From contig LSRY02000024.1 in NCBI GenBank assembly GCA_001643675.2, forward strand, positions 62,001 through 126,000: 64,000 bases of DNA, read 5' to 3'. The DNA comes from Monocercomonoides exilis PA203 (Eukaryota; Protista; Preaxostyla). Made by a program: the position numbers and the translations under genes. How positions within the stretch are numbered: the first letter of the stretch is position 1; every line of letters begins with the position of its first letter. Of this stretch, positions 51,550 to 64,000 are shown piece after piece. Under the pieces are notes generated by a model. The model was not told the DNA's origin. It did no database searches and saw only the letters and a list, made by a program, of their open reading frames with translations.

Positions 51550-52470
51550 ATTATCATATTCTTTGCATCTGTTGTGCAGATAAAACAAGATTGAACCATT
51601 CCTTCGAAAAGAGCTGTTGGTGGAAAAAATCACAGTCACTCATATGAAGAAAAGTTTTCTCATCCACTTCAAGGAAACCTGATTGATTGTGAGTTCCAAT
51701 TTCATTAGTGCAAATGCTTCCAAGTCCCGCTTCTGTGTTGCCACCTGATAATGAGATCAATGGATTTCCACTTAAAGTGATTGACGAAACTGAAAACGAA
51801 TCAATAGTCATGTTTATGAATTTTCCTAATAAGAATAGTTATGCCAGTTCTGAAGAAGGATCCTAAAGAGTTTAAGTTCATTGACACAAAATTAGTGATG
51901 ACAAAAATGACGAAATTTAAATGGAGTGAAGAGGAAGGGAAGATGGAAGAGAGAACACAAGTTTTGATAATTCTGTTTCAACGCTCACTGTTATCATTGC
52001 TGTGTTGGTTTCAGATGCCACGGCAGAAACAGTTCAACCGCTGAGTTCATCATTTCCTCTGATTTTAAGTATCTGTCCAGCAAAGACCAATTCATCGCTC
52101 ATCATAATCATTCCACTCACAACAACTTTCTTTGTGCCTGTTTGCCTTGTGAGTGAGTGCTTCATTGTCAAACAAGGAAAATGGACAATTTCGCAGAGTG
52201 AATGATCAAATGCCTCGTAATTGCTCGCAAAGATTTTTTCAGGGTTGAGGAGATAGATGCAGAGAGGGGTGGCAGTGCTGGTGTTTCCATTGTCGTATCC
52301 TCTCACTCTGTCGACTGAGTACAAAGAGGCTGTTACACACGAGATCATTAAAGGATTTTCGATTGCCTGTTGATTGGGAGAAAAGACGAAGATATAGCTC
52401 CCCCAATTGGCTGTATTTGAGTCAAAGGAAAAAGAAATCAGATAATTGGGATTATCGTTCATCAATCGAA
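51550..52470 (-). pseudogene. Fragments of an adhesin-like surface-protein family gene
   Basis: TANWGSYIFV, GYDNGNTS.ATPLCIYL, D...C....FPCLT..H and TIDSFSVSSITLSGNPLI segments in broken frames. Confidence 0.6.
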
Positions 52471-52714
52471 GGATTCCTCCGCCAAGACCATCCTTTACAG
52501 AGTAAAGGTACTCATCGAAATGTTCTCCTTCAACTTAAACTTCATTTTCTTCTTCTGCACATAGCATTTTATATCCTCCATTGCATGAACTTATACTTCC
52601 ACACATCAAAAATGTGATTGAAATAACTTCCATACTTTCCTTGATCCTTTAAAAAACAAGATATTTGCTGTTTTTTTACCAATTTTTTACTGAACAATAC
52701 TATAGCTTCATATA

Positions 52715-53866
52715 CACCAAAAATAATTCAAATTCGAAAAAGAATAATTCAATTTCGTAATTAATAATTCGAAATCGAAAATTTATAATTCGATTTCGGA
52801 ATTAATATTTCAATTTCGAAAATTTATAATTCGATTTCGGAATTAATATTTCAATTTCGAAAATTAATAATTCGATTTCGGAATTAATATTTCAATTTCG
52901 AAAATTTATAATTCGATTTCGGAATTAATATTTCAATTTCGAAAATTAATAATTCAAATTCGGAATTAATAATTCGAAATCGAAAAAGAATGATTCGATT
53001 TCGTAATTTATTAATTCGATTTCGAAAAAGAATAATTCAATTTCGAAAATGATTATTTCAATTTCGAAATTCATTATAAACTGAAATTTTAAATTTTTCT
53101 CGAGAATGGATTACAGAAAAGTTCAAGTTATTTTTTAACCAATCAAATTTTATTACTCATAGAAAACTGTTTTTTTTATTGCAACAATCAATAAATCAAT
53201 TTTTTGAACTTTTTTTTTCATTTTCGAAAATCATCGCTCAAATAATAATAATTTAATAAAAATTCATTCTATATAATACCCAATCAAAAATTGCAAATAA
53301 TCAATCACAATTAATTGAAAAATAAAAAACAAGAATTGTTTTTTACCAATAGAAAAAATACTTTTTCTTTGGAAAATACATTAAAATCATCAATTTTTAA
53401 TATGAAAATGAATTCATTTTAATTTCAAATTAACTTCAATCAATAAATTTTCAATCAAAATGAAAGATAATTTTAAATGAAAATGCGTCATTTTTCAAAT
53501 ATCGATAAACAAAATTTGCTGATGAGATAAAAATAAAAAAAATTTAAAACACCAAACACAACTTATTCATTCCACAAATCAAAAAATTTTACGTTTCGAA
53601 ATTGAATTATTCTTTTTCGAAATCGAATTAATAAATTACGAAATCGAATCATTCTTTTTCGATTTCGAATTATTAATTCCTATTTTGAATTATTCTTTTT
53701 CGATTTTGAATTATTAATTCCGAAATCGAATTATTTTTTTTCGAAATTGAAATATTAATTCCGAATTCGAATTATAAATTTTTGATTTCGAATTATTAAT
53801 TACGAAATTGAATTATTCTTTTTCGAATTTGAATTATTTTTTTTCGAATTAGAATTATTTTTGGTG
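52715..53866. mobile_element. Foldback element with CAC termini, TA flanks and inverted arrays of a 21-bp subterminal repeat (CACTA/EnSpm-like non-autonomous)
   Basis: TATA|CACCAAAAATAATTC ... GAATTATTTTTGGTG|TATA. A tandem ~21-bp unit (AATAATTCRATTTCGRAAWTT-like) fills ~52722-53070 and is inverted at ~53595-53860. AT-rich centre. Confidence 0.85.
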
Positions 53867-54482
53867 TATATGTTAAAAAATTTTTTTCTTAAATATATGC
53901 GCATAAATGAAAATTCAAACATGAATTTGTTCATTTTTCATCTCGAGAAAATATTCGGAGCCAGCCTTTGCTTCAATGGAAGTGATGTTATATTCTGAGT
54001 ATTGCTTAATTCCATTCAAAGAATAAAATTGAAAAAAAAAATCGAGATATAAAGACTTTTAATCATAAAAAACGAGCAACATTCATTTTGATCAAAAAAC
54101 AATTTTTAAAACTTTTCTATTTCAATTTTTTATTTCTTATAAAGAAGTTCGCAATAAATAAAAACATTTTCATCTTCAACTGATAAAATATCACACAATT
54201 CAATAAAATTTTTCATTTTAAAAAAGCTGCAGATTTCAGTTTGTTGATGAAGGAAATTATCCAAAAAGAAAAATTAAAATTGTGAAAAAATAAAATGTGA
54301 AACATTTCATTTCTTCAAACATTAACTGAACAGCTAGTAACAGATAATACATAAAAAATATTTTTGTTTTAAAAACAAAAAACGCTCAAAGTTTTGTTGG
54401 ATCATTTATCAATTCAAAAAAAAAAAGGAAAGGAAAGGAAAAAACGATTTTTGAGTTTAAAAATCAAATCAAAAGAATTTGG

Positions 54483-55981
54483 TTAAACGTTAACAAAATA
54501 ATCAGAAAATTTTAATGATAATTCTTCATAATATTTTTCGTTAATAAAAGAAATCACTCCATTGAGGCTTTCAACATTATCTTCATATCCTTCTTCCTCC
54601 ATCCTTTCAAATATCTTTCTTTTCATTTCTTTTCTTTCCTCCTCTTCCTTTTCATCATCCTTCTTTTCTTTCAATCGCCTTGAAATATTCAAAAAGAAAA
54701 GCAAGCAATTCCACAAAATATCATCAACCAAAGTTGATTGCTTCATTTCATCTGAAAACACAACCATTGTGCCTTCCTTATGCAAAACATCAATTTTCAC
54801 ATTTTTATTTCTTGCTGCATCTTTCAAAGAAACAATGCACACATAGTTTGTATCTGGATAATTATCTCTTGATGCTCGAAACACCTGAACAATGCTGCGG
54901 ATGAGTCCAGCAAGTTCTTCGTTCCACAATGTGGACCAGGCCAAGTAATAATCAACAATATTGATCCATCTCCAGATCACAATCACTTCTTTCGCTTCTG
55001 TTTCTCCATTTTCCTCTTCTTTTTTCTTCCAATCCACATTTCTTTTCAGTTCTTCAATTTCTCTTCTTGCTTCTCTTGCGAAATGCAGATCATTCACAAT
55101 CACTTCTTCCAAGCTTTTGTCATTGTTAAATCTTTTTATCAAAAACTGCCAAGTTGATTGAGAAGAAAGCCTTGTCAGGTTGTAATTTTCTTGATGATAC
55201 TCGATGATTTCTACTATCTCATTCAAATACAGTTCTTGTTCAATTTCCTTACAAAAATACAAGAAAAACAAATAAATAACTTCAAAAATGAAAAAGAAGT
55301 GAACATACGCAATATTGGCTAATGTGACTAAAAGCTATGAAAGCCATTTCCACTTCTTTTTGCGATTCCTCGTTTTCCTCCTTGTTCAATGCAGCTTTCA
55401 GAAGGCAAGGCACAATTATTGAAAGCAATTCATCAGGAACGCATTTATAGTGAAGTAAAAGATAACATTCACAAAGATCAGTCAAAAGCTTTTCATCTTT
55501 TTTTTTCTCATTTTCATCAATCATCATCTCTCTTATTCTTTTGCTCAATAATGAATCATCAAAAGAATAACATATTAAGCATTTCAATTCCTTGAAACAT
55601 CCAGCATTCTTCAACAACAAAATTGTGTGTCCCCATGACAATTTCTCTTTTTCAATCATTTGGTGAATTTTGTCGAATAACTCTTTTATAAATATTGATT
55701 CAAATTCTTTTTTTTCCATTTCATCAATTAATTCGATCATTTCGTCAATTTTCTGAATTTGTTCAACTTCTCTGCAACGTTCAATCTCATGGAACAATTC
55801 TGCAAAGAATATTCAAAAAAACAAAATTTTTGTTCAAAATTGTTCAATCCAAATAAAAGAACAAACTTGAAAACTGCTCGATTCTGGCCGTTTTCACAAC
55901 ATCGTCTTCAGACGTATATTCTTCAGAATAATAATCTTCAGAATAATCATCTTCAGAAATATCCTCATCTGACAAACACAT
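54483..55981 (-). CDS. 3-exon helical hypothetical protein family, copy 3
   Basis: Exon 1 MCLSDEDISEDDYSEDYYSEEYTSEDDVVKTARIEQFS with GTTTGT donor. Exons 2 and 3 lie in ORFs 55282-55797 and 54483-55271. Confidence 0.85.
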
Positions 55982-58900
55982 TCTTTTTGTTGCAAAAAAT
56001 ATTCAAAATGAGGGGTAAAGTCTTGTAAATAACAAAATAAAACACAAATACAAGCATAGTTGATTATCTTGCTGTGTTAAAATGATCACAATACAAACTG
56101 TTCTGTTTTTGTTATATAAAAACAAGTGCAAAAGAAATAGCGAATAAGCCACAAAAATTGTTTGAATGAGGCAGGAAATGGAAATCTTTTGTTTATTTTT
56201 TGATCGTAACCAACATATTATTAAAAAAAATGTTTAAATAAGAAAAAAAAAAGAATTCTTTTTCATCATGAATAGCATATTTCTAATTCATGAATTGAAT
56301 TAATCGCAAATGCCTTATCAAAGTGAAAAAGAAATTCAGCAGATTGAATGAGCGAACGGAAGATGTTTTTGTTTTTTTGTGGAGAAGAATGAGTCTGAAA
56401 ACCAAAAACAGATGGTTGTTGAAGGTTCGACATATTTTGTGGATTGCTGCATTTTGAACTCATTTGTCAAAGATCATTGGGTTGCGAAAGATGAAAAGAA
56501 ATGAAATTCTGAAAATACTAACAAATCGTCTGAACAAAAGAAAAGAAAAGAAAAGTTCTTGAATAAGGAGAACATTCTTGTTGAGTGGCAGAAGATCAAG
56601 GTCCAATGCTTCAATTGCTAAATAATCTTGTGCCATGAAGAAAAGGAATAAATTTCAACTCCAATAGAAAAGACGGAATTCTTTAAGTTTGGTGGGAGTG
56701 AAACATCAAAAGGAAATTTATTCATTTGATTGGATACTAAAAACAGATTTGTTCATTCAAGGCCGTTTTCATTTCAGTTGAAAAGAGGTTTGGAGAAGAA
56801 TGAGGAAGACGACTTTTCCATGAGATACACTCCAGCAAGGTTATTCCCCAACAAATGAAAGGGAGAATGGGGTTTTGGAGGAAAGAAAGAAGTACAATCA
56901 AATTTCAGTTTCTTTGGAACGAAGAGAACAGCTTCCTTTTTGAACAATACTCAGATAATTCTTTCGTATGCTGCAATCAACCGTTGGTGAGATTGGATGT
57001 TTTCAATTCATCTTCAACGATATCTATCAAACATTGACGCATTGTGAAAACAAATTCAGAATGTCAAACAACGTATCGATTTATCATCTTTCTGGATCAA
57101 TTCCGACTCAAAAGGAGATTTCATTATCAATTAGAATCAACTCATTTCCAGCAAAAATCTGTTTCTGTAATCCTTCCACTTGCCTCTTATGTTTCAAAGG
57201 CTATCGGTTTTACTGAAAAAAAACTCTTTCAAAAATTGAGTTTCTCTTCCTCATCATGGCTGATCTAGCTCTTCTGTTGTGTGCAGGCACAGAATGTTAA
57301 TTTTTCAATTTCTCAACTGTCAAACATCAATTTTTAATGCATCTGAGAAGAATGCAAGCTCGACTTCTTTTTCTTCTTTCATCTCAAGTGAGCACACGAA
57401 TTCAACAAAGAGAGACGATTGAAAGGAATAGGCAATAATCAAAAGAGGAAGTTCCACTGATGAAGATATTTGATGAAAAGGCTGAAGAAAAGATGATAGC
57501 GAAACAAAGAGAAGAAAATGAAGAAGATATTTCTTTCCAGATGATTTTCAGCCACAACAGTTTCAGAAAAGTTATTGAGAAAGTTGATGAACTTTCATCA
57601 TTTTTCATGATTTTTGCGAAAAGGAGACGTCGAATGGAATGATTGAAGTGTGTTGAATTTTTCATGCAGCGGAAGACTGAAGAAGATGGTTGAGATAATT
57701 ATAGGTAGAGAAAGATGGGGAAGATGAAGAAGCTGTACATGACAAAGTTTTCGACGATGATGAAGAAGATGGATGGACTTCATCCAAAAAGAAAGGATTG
57801 TTGGTGGAGCAGGGGAATTCTGGTTGTTGCACACAATAAATTGAAATTCACTGTTTGAGAAAGAGATGGAAGCGAAGATGGTGCAGAAGAGAAGGGAGAA
57901 GATCACACTTTCTATTTGATTGAATTCAACAGACAAAACAAATATTCTGAAATGGTTTCTGATGAGAAAGAAAAAGAAACAGAAGAGTGAAAGAAATCGT
58001 GATTTATACTGAAACTTTCTTTGCTTCAGTCCACATGTGACTGTGCTTTGAACGTCAAACTGAAATCACAATCAGTTTGAATGATAAGTTTCAATGCAGG
58101 TTCACAAAAATTAAAAGTCAATTGAATGTTTAGTCAGACATCATTCAATTCTGTCTTTTTTTTGCGCTTTTATGCAACTTAAGGAATTCAAGAGTTCACT
58201 GAACAAAACTGTTTTGAAGATATGAAAACAACAATAACAAATGCAAATGTGACACTCATTCATAGGGATTTCAAAGCTTTGCATCAACAGAAATGCAAAT
58301 TGAAACGGAATAGCTGGTTAAATAGTTGAAAAATAATCTGCTTCTTTATTCATTGGGAGTTGTCAAAAATCTATGTTTGTTGAATGGCTTTATTTTCTTT
58401 GAACCTCTTGTTAGCTTCTCAAATGATTAAAGGAAATAGAAGGATAGGATGAAAAACATTACAATTTGATATAAGAATACCTTTGATTTGAATGAGAAGT
58501 GTATATAATTGTTGAAATCCAATCTATTCGTATCGGACACAAGACGATGATGAAAATGAAGAGGATAGATGAGTACTATTTGTTTTCTTGAAAATGAGAT
58601 AATGTTTAAAAAGAACAAAATAGAATGAAAAAGTTGATGCTTGTCAGTGTTAAGCATTCTATTAAGAAATAACTAACAAAATCCTTTTTGCTTTGGAATT
58701 TGCGAGTTATTCCTTGATGGAACATTCTGTTTTGATTCCCCAAAGAGTTTCATTCTTGCGAATTATCTTTTGAAGCAAAGTGTATTATAACCTTGAATTA
58801 ATAAAGTGTGTCCTTCAAGGGAAAAACTCTTTGATCCAACTGTGTGAAAGTCTGATAATTGTTCAATCAATAATTTTGAAGATATTCTTTCCATTTCTTT

Positions 58901-59449
58901 GCATTTTTAATCAACTCAAAATAAATAAATAAACTTTACTTTATTATCCTTTATGGAAAAAAAAAATAAAAAATAAAAAATAAATCAAAAACAGTATTTT
59001 CTATATTTATTTATTTATATATTTATTTATTTTATTTATTATTATTTATTATTCCCCCTTTTTATTTGCACTTCTTCATTTCTTCGAGGCAGAACGGGAA
59101 GGCCGCACATAACCAGACGAAGCATAACCAGCAGCTATCGAAGAAGAAGGCGAATTGGATCGGCGAGAAGGGCCAGAAAGAGGACGAGAAGAAGAAGAAA
59201 AAAAAACAAAAAAGAGGAGGAGGAAGAAGAAGAAGAAGAAAAAGAAAAAGAAAAGGATATAATGAAAAGACAGATTTTGTACAGATGGCTTTTCATTTCC
59301 GATATTGCGAATGACAGTTGAAAAAAGAGGAACAATTGAAATTATTTTCCTTTCAATTTGCTTAGCTGCCGATTGATAAGCATTAACACATTGGAAGGTC
59401 TGCTCTCTGATCCGAAGTTAAATGAGAGTTATTATAAAAAGAGGAAGAA

Positions 59450-59795
59450 GAAGTTGAGAAGAAGACGATGGTGAAGAAGAAGAAGGAGAAGAAGAAGGAG
59501 GAGGAGGAGAAGGAGAAGAAGACGAGGATGAGGAAGATGAAGATGAAGATGAAGAGGAGGAGGAGGAGGGAGAAGAAGAAGAAAATTGGGATGAGGAGGA
59601 AGAGGAAGAGGAAGAGGTAGAGGAAGAAGAAGTCTTGTCAGTTTTGGGATGATGGTGAAGTGAACGGGAAGAAGGAGAAGGAGAAGGAGAAGGAGAAGAA
59701 GAAAGAGGAAGAGGAAGAGGAAGAGGAAGAGGAAGAGGAAGAGGAAGAGGAAGAGGAAGAGGAAGAGGAAGAGGAAGAAGAAGAAGAAGATGATG
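59450..59795. repeat. GAA/GAG/(GAGGAA)n purine low-complexity tract in a decayed coding-like region
   Basis: Direct inspection. It generates poly-S, poly-E and (LP)n shadow ORFs. Confidence 0.85.
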
Positions 59796-61229
59796 AAACA
59801 CGTGCTGAATGATCAGAATGCAACACAATAACAGCATTTGCACACTATATTCATTCATCAGCAGATATGAAGAAATAAAGAAAGAAAGAAAGAGAAGCTG
59901 AAAGAGAAATGGAATGAAATGAGTTGGATGGAGCTCTTCTGCAGGAAGTTGAACGACAAATGCGAACAAGACTCATCTGAAGAAAATGAAGGCGCAGTGA
60001 ACAGTTTTTAATTTCATAACATCCAATAGCGGTAAGAGAAGGAAGATTTATTCTGTGCTGTAACATGAGAATTTGATGGTTATTCAAACATCAAATTCTC
60101 AAAAAAAGAAGAAGCCGATCTTTTCATCAGCCAAGTTAATATAATATCGTCAATGAAGAGATCGAAGGAGAAGGAGAAGGAGAAAAAAATGTGTTTTCTT
60201 CAAAAATGCTGCTTGAAATGGATTGTCTCTGAGAATAGCGCTCAACATGAAAAAAAAGCTGTTGGTTGAAATAGAAAATAGATATAAAAAGAATATAAAA
60301 ACAATTCGTTTTGCATTGATTATGAAGATTCCTCAAAAGAACACACCTGCCCTCCGCATCGCAAATGCAGAAGATTGTCCAATCACTGTGCTGTCAATCT
60401 CCTTTTCCATTGTTTCACAGTGCTTCTTTCTCCATCTTCCTTTATTTTCCACAAAATTTTCCTGCTTTTGATATTATCATCTTCTTTTTTCCTTTAAAAA
60501 ATGATCTCCGAATATTTTCTTTCCAAGTGCTTGATTAATGTTTCCATTCTTCTTTTTCGCTCTCAACCAAATGCTTTGAAATCAAATTTGTTTTCTTCTC
60601 CTTTCCCAATTGCGTGTTAAACACATGCAATTCTCATCTGCTGATTGTATCTCAGCATCCATCACTCTTCTGATGTTCTCCTCAAAAAAACAAAGGAATG
60701 GCCATTTGTATAGTTTATCAGAATCTTGCACTCTGAAAAGGCCACAGATGGAAACGTACTCGCTATAAACAAGACCTTTAAAAAATGAATATATCATAAT
60801 TTTCACATGTTATTTTGGAAAATGAATATCCTTTAAAGATGCTTTTCATAAAAATCATCTCGCACAATTTAATCATCGATGCCTTGAAGTCGCTGTCTCG
60901 TGCAACCACACAAAAATTATATTGCTTATTTAGCAAGATATATTTTCCTTCCAACTCTCAACTTGTTAAATTTCCATTCATGTTCAAAGAAAACAATTCG
61001 ATCAAAGAATCCATAACAGCAAACCAACAAGGATAAAGTGTTCTTTTTCTTTTTCACACTTTGAAAAAAGTTCTTTCATAAAAAGGATTTTATGAGGAAA
61101 GATATTATCCAGATAGTTTTGTAAAATTTATAATTGTCATTTATTCTCTGTCTCGATTATTCTTTATATTTGGATTGATAAAAATGTTGATGTTGTCTGA
61201 ATGATGTATTTTGCAAAAAGTCGAAGGAA

Positions 61230-62632
61230 ATGAGCATCACCGAAAAGTTCACTGGTTTGCATCCATTGCTGCATTTGAATTTCTGGTAATTGCTTTTCTT
61301 TCTTTTTTCATAATTTTGAAGCATTGTTTGATGGACTTGAAGAGTGCGATGAGGAGGAACAAATGCAGAAAATCAAGGAAATGAATGAAATGATCAATGA
61401 AATGAATAGAGATGAATTCAAATCAGTTTTCACAGAAGAACTATTCAAAAAAATTCACCAAATGATTGAAAAAAAGACATTATCATGGGGAAACGCAATT
61501 TTGTTGTTGAAGCATGTTGGATATCGTCAAATGCTGAAATGCTTTTATGATTATGAATTTAGTGCATCTTTATTGAGTGCTCGATTTCAGAAAATGATAA
61601 TTGATGAAAACGTGAAAAAAGGAGAAAAGAACGAAAAGTTTTTGAAAGATCTTTGTGAATGCTTCTCTTTGCTATATATCTGCTTCATTTCAGATGATTT
61701 GCTTTCAATTTGCGCGCCTTGCCTTCTGAAAGTTGCATTGCCCAAAGGGGAAAGTGAAGAAACAAGAAAAGAAATGAAAATGGCGTTATTGGCTTTGAGC
61801 AATATTAGGAGCTATGTTTGAGCATTTCTGTTTCATTTTTGAAGTTATTTATTTGTTTTTCTTGTATTCTTATAAGGAAATTGAACAAAAACTGTACTTG
61901 AAGGAAATCAAAGAAATCATCAAATATCATCAGGAACATCAGAATCTGACACGGCTTGCCTATCAGTCTGCTTGGCAGTTTTTGATAAAAAGATTATACA
62001 ACGACAAAAGCTTGGAAGAAGTGATTGTGAATGATCTGCATTTCGCAAGAGAGGCAGCCAAAGAATTGGAAGATCTGTCAAAGTGTGTGGATTTAAAGAG
62101 GAAAGAAGAAAGAGCAAAAGAAGCGAAAGAAGTGATTGTGATCTGGAGATGGATGCTAATAATTTATGAGTTCTTTTTCTCATGCACATTGAGAAATGAA
62201 GAACTTGCAAAGCTAACAGCCAGCCTTGTTCGTTTATTTCGAGCAGCAAAGGATAAATACCCAGATATAAGCCGATTGTGCATTTTTTCTTTGAAAGATG
62301 CATCAGACAAGAAAAATATGGAAATTGATGTTTTGCAGAAGAAAGGTGTCATAGTTCTGTTTTCAGATGAAATGAAGCAATCAACTTTGGATGATGATAT
62401 TTTGTGGAATTGCTTGCATTTCTTTTTGAATATTTCAGAAAGATTGAAAGAAAAGAAGGATGATGAAACGGAAGAGGAGGAAAGAAAAGAAATGAAAAGA
62501 AAGATATTTGAAAGGATGGAGGAAGAAGGATATGAAGATATTGTTGAAAGCCTTAATGGAGTGATTTCTTATATAAAAGAAAAATTCACTGAATTATCAA
62601 AATATATAAAAGATTATTTTGTGAATTCTTAA
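61230..62632 (+). CDS. 3-exon helical hypothetical protein family, copy 4
   Basis: Short exon 1 MSITEKFT with GTTTGC donor; exon 2 from 61322 (ORF 61324-61821); exon 3 in ORF 61814-62632. Same family motifs. Start codon uncertain. Confidence 0.8.
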
Positions 62633-62756
62633 CCATATTCTTTTCAATAAAAACAGAAACTCCAAAATGATATTTATTATTTCTTTTTAATTTATTTACA
62701 GTTTGGGGAAAAATTATTTCGATAAATTTGAATATATTTTTTATTTCCTTTATCTA

Positions 62757-62817
62757 AAAAATAAAATAAAATAAAATAAAATTAAATAAAATAAAATAAA
62801 ATAAAATAAAATAAATA
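62757..62817. repeat. (AAAAT)n microsatellite
   Basis: About 12 AATAA units. Confidence 0.9.
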
Positions 62818-64000
62818 GAATATATTTTCAATTAGTTCCATGCAGAACCTTCGTTGAATGGATCATTGCACTCCATCTTCTTTTTCAAGATTCATTTTTA
62901 TTTCAATGTGCTCAATTGTTCAGTTTTTGCCTCTTGAAGCCTCCGAACTTTTGAGCTTGTTCTCTTTCTGATTATATTTTCAATGAACAAGAGAAGGCGA
63001 AGGAGTAGAATGAAATGGTAATTCTTGAGAAGAATCCAAAAGATATGAAGAAATGAATGTTTGCTGAAGAAGCCAGTTGAAAATATTGATATAACAAAAT
63101 TATGCAGAAATCAAAATGATGGAGGAGAAAAAGCATGAAAAACTTTTTCACAAAAATCTTATCTGAAAAAGTCAACCAAAATGGAATTCTTTCCCCTTTT
63201 ATTCTCCTGATTGTCCATTCTTCCAATCAGTCGCAAAAGCTCTCACAATCTTTTCACTTGTTTTTTTTTCCAGAAAAGAATATCTTCTGATGATTCTCTT
63301 CCTTCCCTCAGTTGTCATTTGCAATTCTTCCTTCTTCATTTGAGAATTTCTTCATTCCACTTTCAAAACACAACATTCAAATGTTTTTCAAAAAAAAAAA
63401 AAAAAAATTTTTTTTTTTTGTTTCCTCCTTTTTTTGTTGTTGCTTCACTTTATTTTGAATGAGTGGATAAATAAAATATGTATTTTTTCACAAAACCTTC
63501 AAATGCCTGCGTTTGTGGTCATTCTGTGTAATGAAAAAATGGAAAAGATGCTATTTTGAAATTTCACAATGGAGTGAATCTCATTTCATCGAACAAGAAC
63601 AAAATAAACAGCAAATTTTTTGAAAAAATGCAAATGCCTAACAAGTTTGCCAACTAATTGTTATCCAAAATGCTTGAGTGGAGTAACACCATTTCCAGCT
63701 TGCACGTTCTATTTTATAAAACCATTTTATCAATTTTGTTGAATAATCCTTCAAAGAATACAGAATCGATTTCTTCTTCTTTTTGTTTTTGACATAAGGT
63801 TATTTTTCGATTGACACTTTTCACAATGTTGGCACATAATTTTTATGAAATGAAAAAAAGTGAAAAACACATCAAAAAAATTCAAAACTCGAATCAATTA
63901 CTTTTCTGACTTTTCTTTTTTACATTTTCACATTCAAAGGAGCAAATTTATCACTTGTTTCATCGTTATCATTCTTTATTTTTCTGAATTAACTTTTCAC

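Noticed and set aside
52722-53070. Tandem ~21-bp partly palindromic repeats as a CRISPR array
   Set aside because: No unique spacers and no cas genes; the context is eukaryotic; the array is mirrored as part of a TIR element.
56260-58900. Coding-like minus-strand region
   Set aside because: Probably a decayed gene, but stops occur in all frames and no family is recognisable, so no call is supportable.

Overview
AT-rich eukaryotic genomic DNA with short spliceosomal introns and the standard code (Rab2 ends TGC TGC TAG). Its style (poly-Ser/poly-Glu coding tracts, surface-protein fragments, a repeated 3-exon helical family) suggests an oxymonad such as Monocercomonoides; this is inference. The first 22 kb is gene-dense: a CXorf65/C22orf15-like gene head-to-head with Rab2 (probable GC-AG intron), a bromodomain+ET (BET-type) gene, a TVP15/COPI-associated-like membrane protein, and a ~4,060-aa Ser-rich protein. 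That giant protein appears to be a CCR4/PDE12-type EEP nuclease fold whose motifs are spread, in order, over 12 kb by low-complexity inserts. The rest is accessory-like. It holds a Harbinger/ISL2EU-type transposase with a ~230-aa Ser-rich insert in its catalytic core, a complete but dead intron-containing DD35D pogo-like transposon, and four TA-flanked long-TIR/foldback elements plus a small MITE-like hairpin. It also holds four mosaic copies of a 3-exon helical protein family, decayed surface-protein genes (one split by a TIR element), and an intronless Bacteroidetes-like acyltransferase-3 gene that is a strong horizontal-transfer candidate. All homology calls are from motif recognition by eye; no searches were run.
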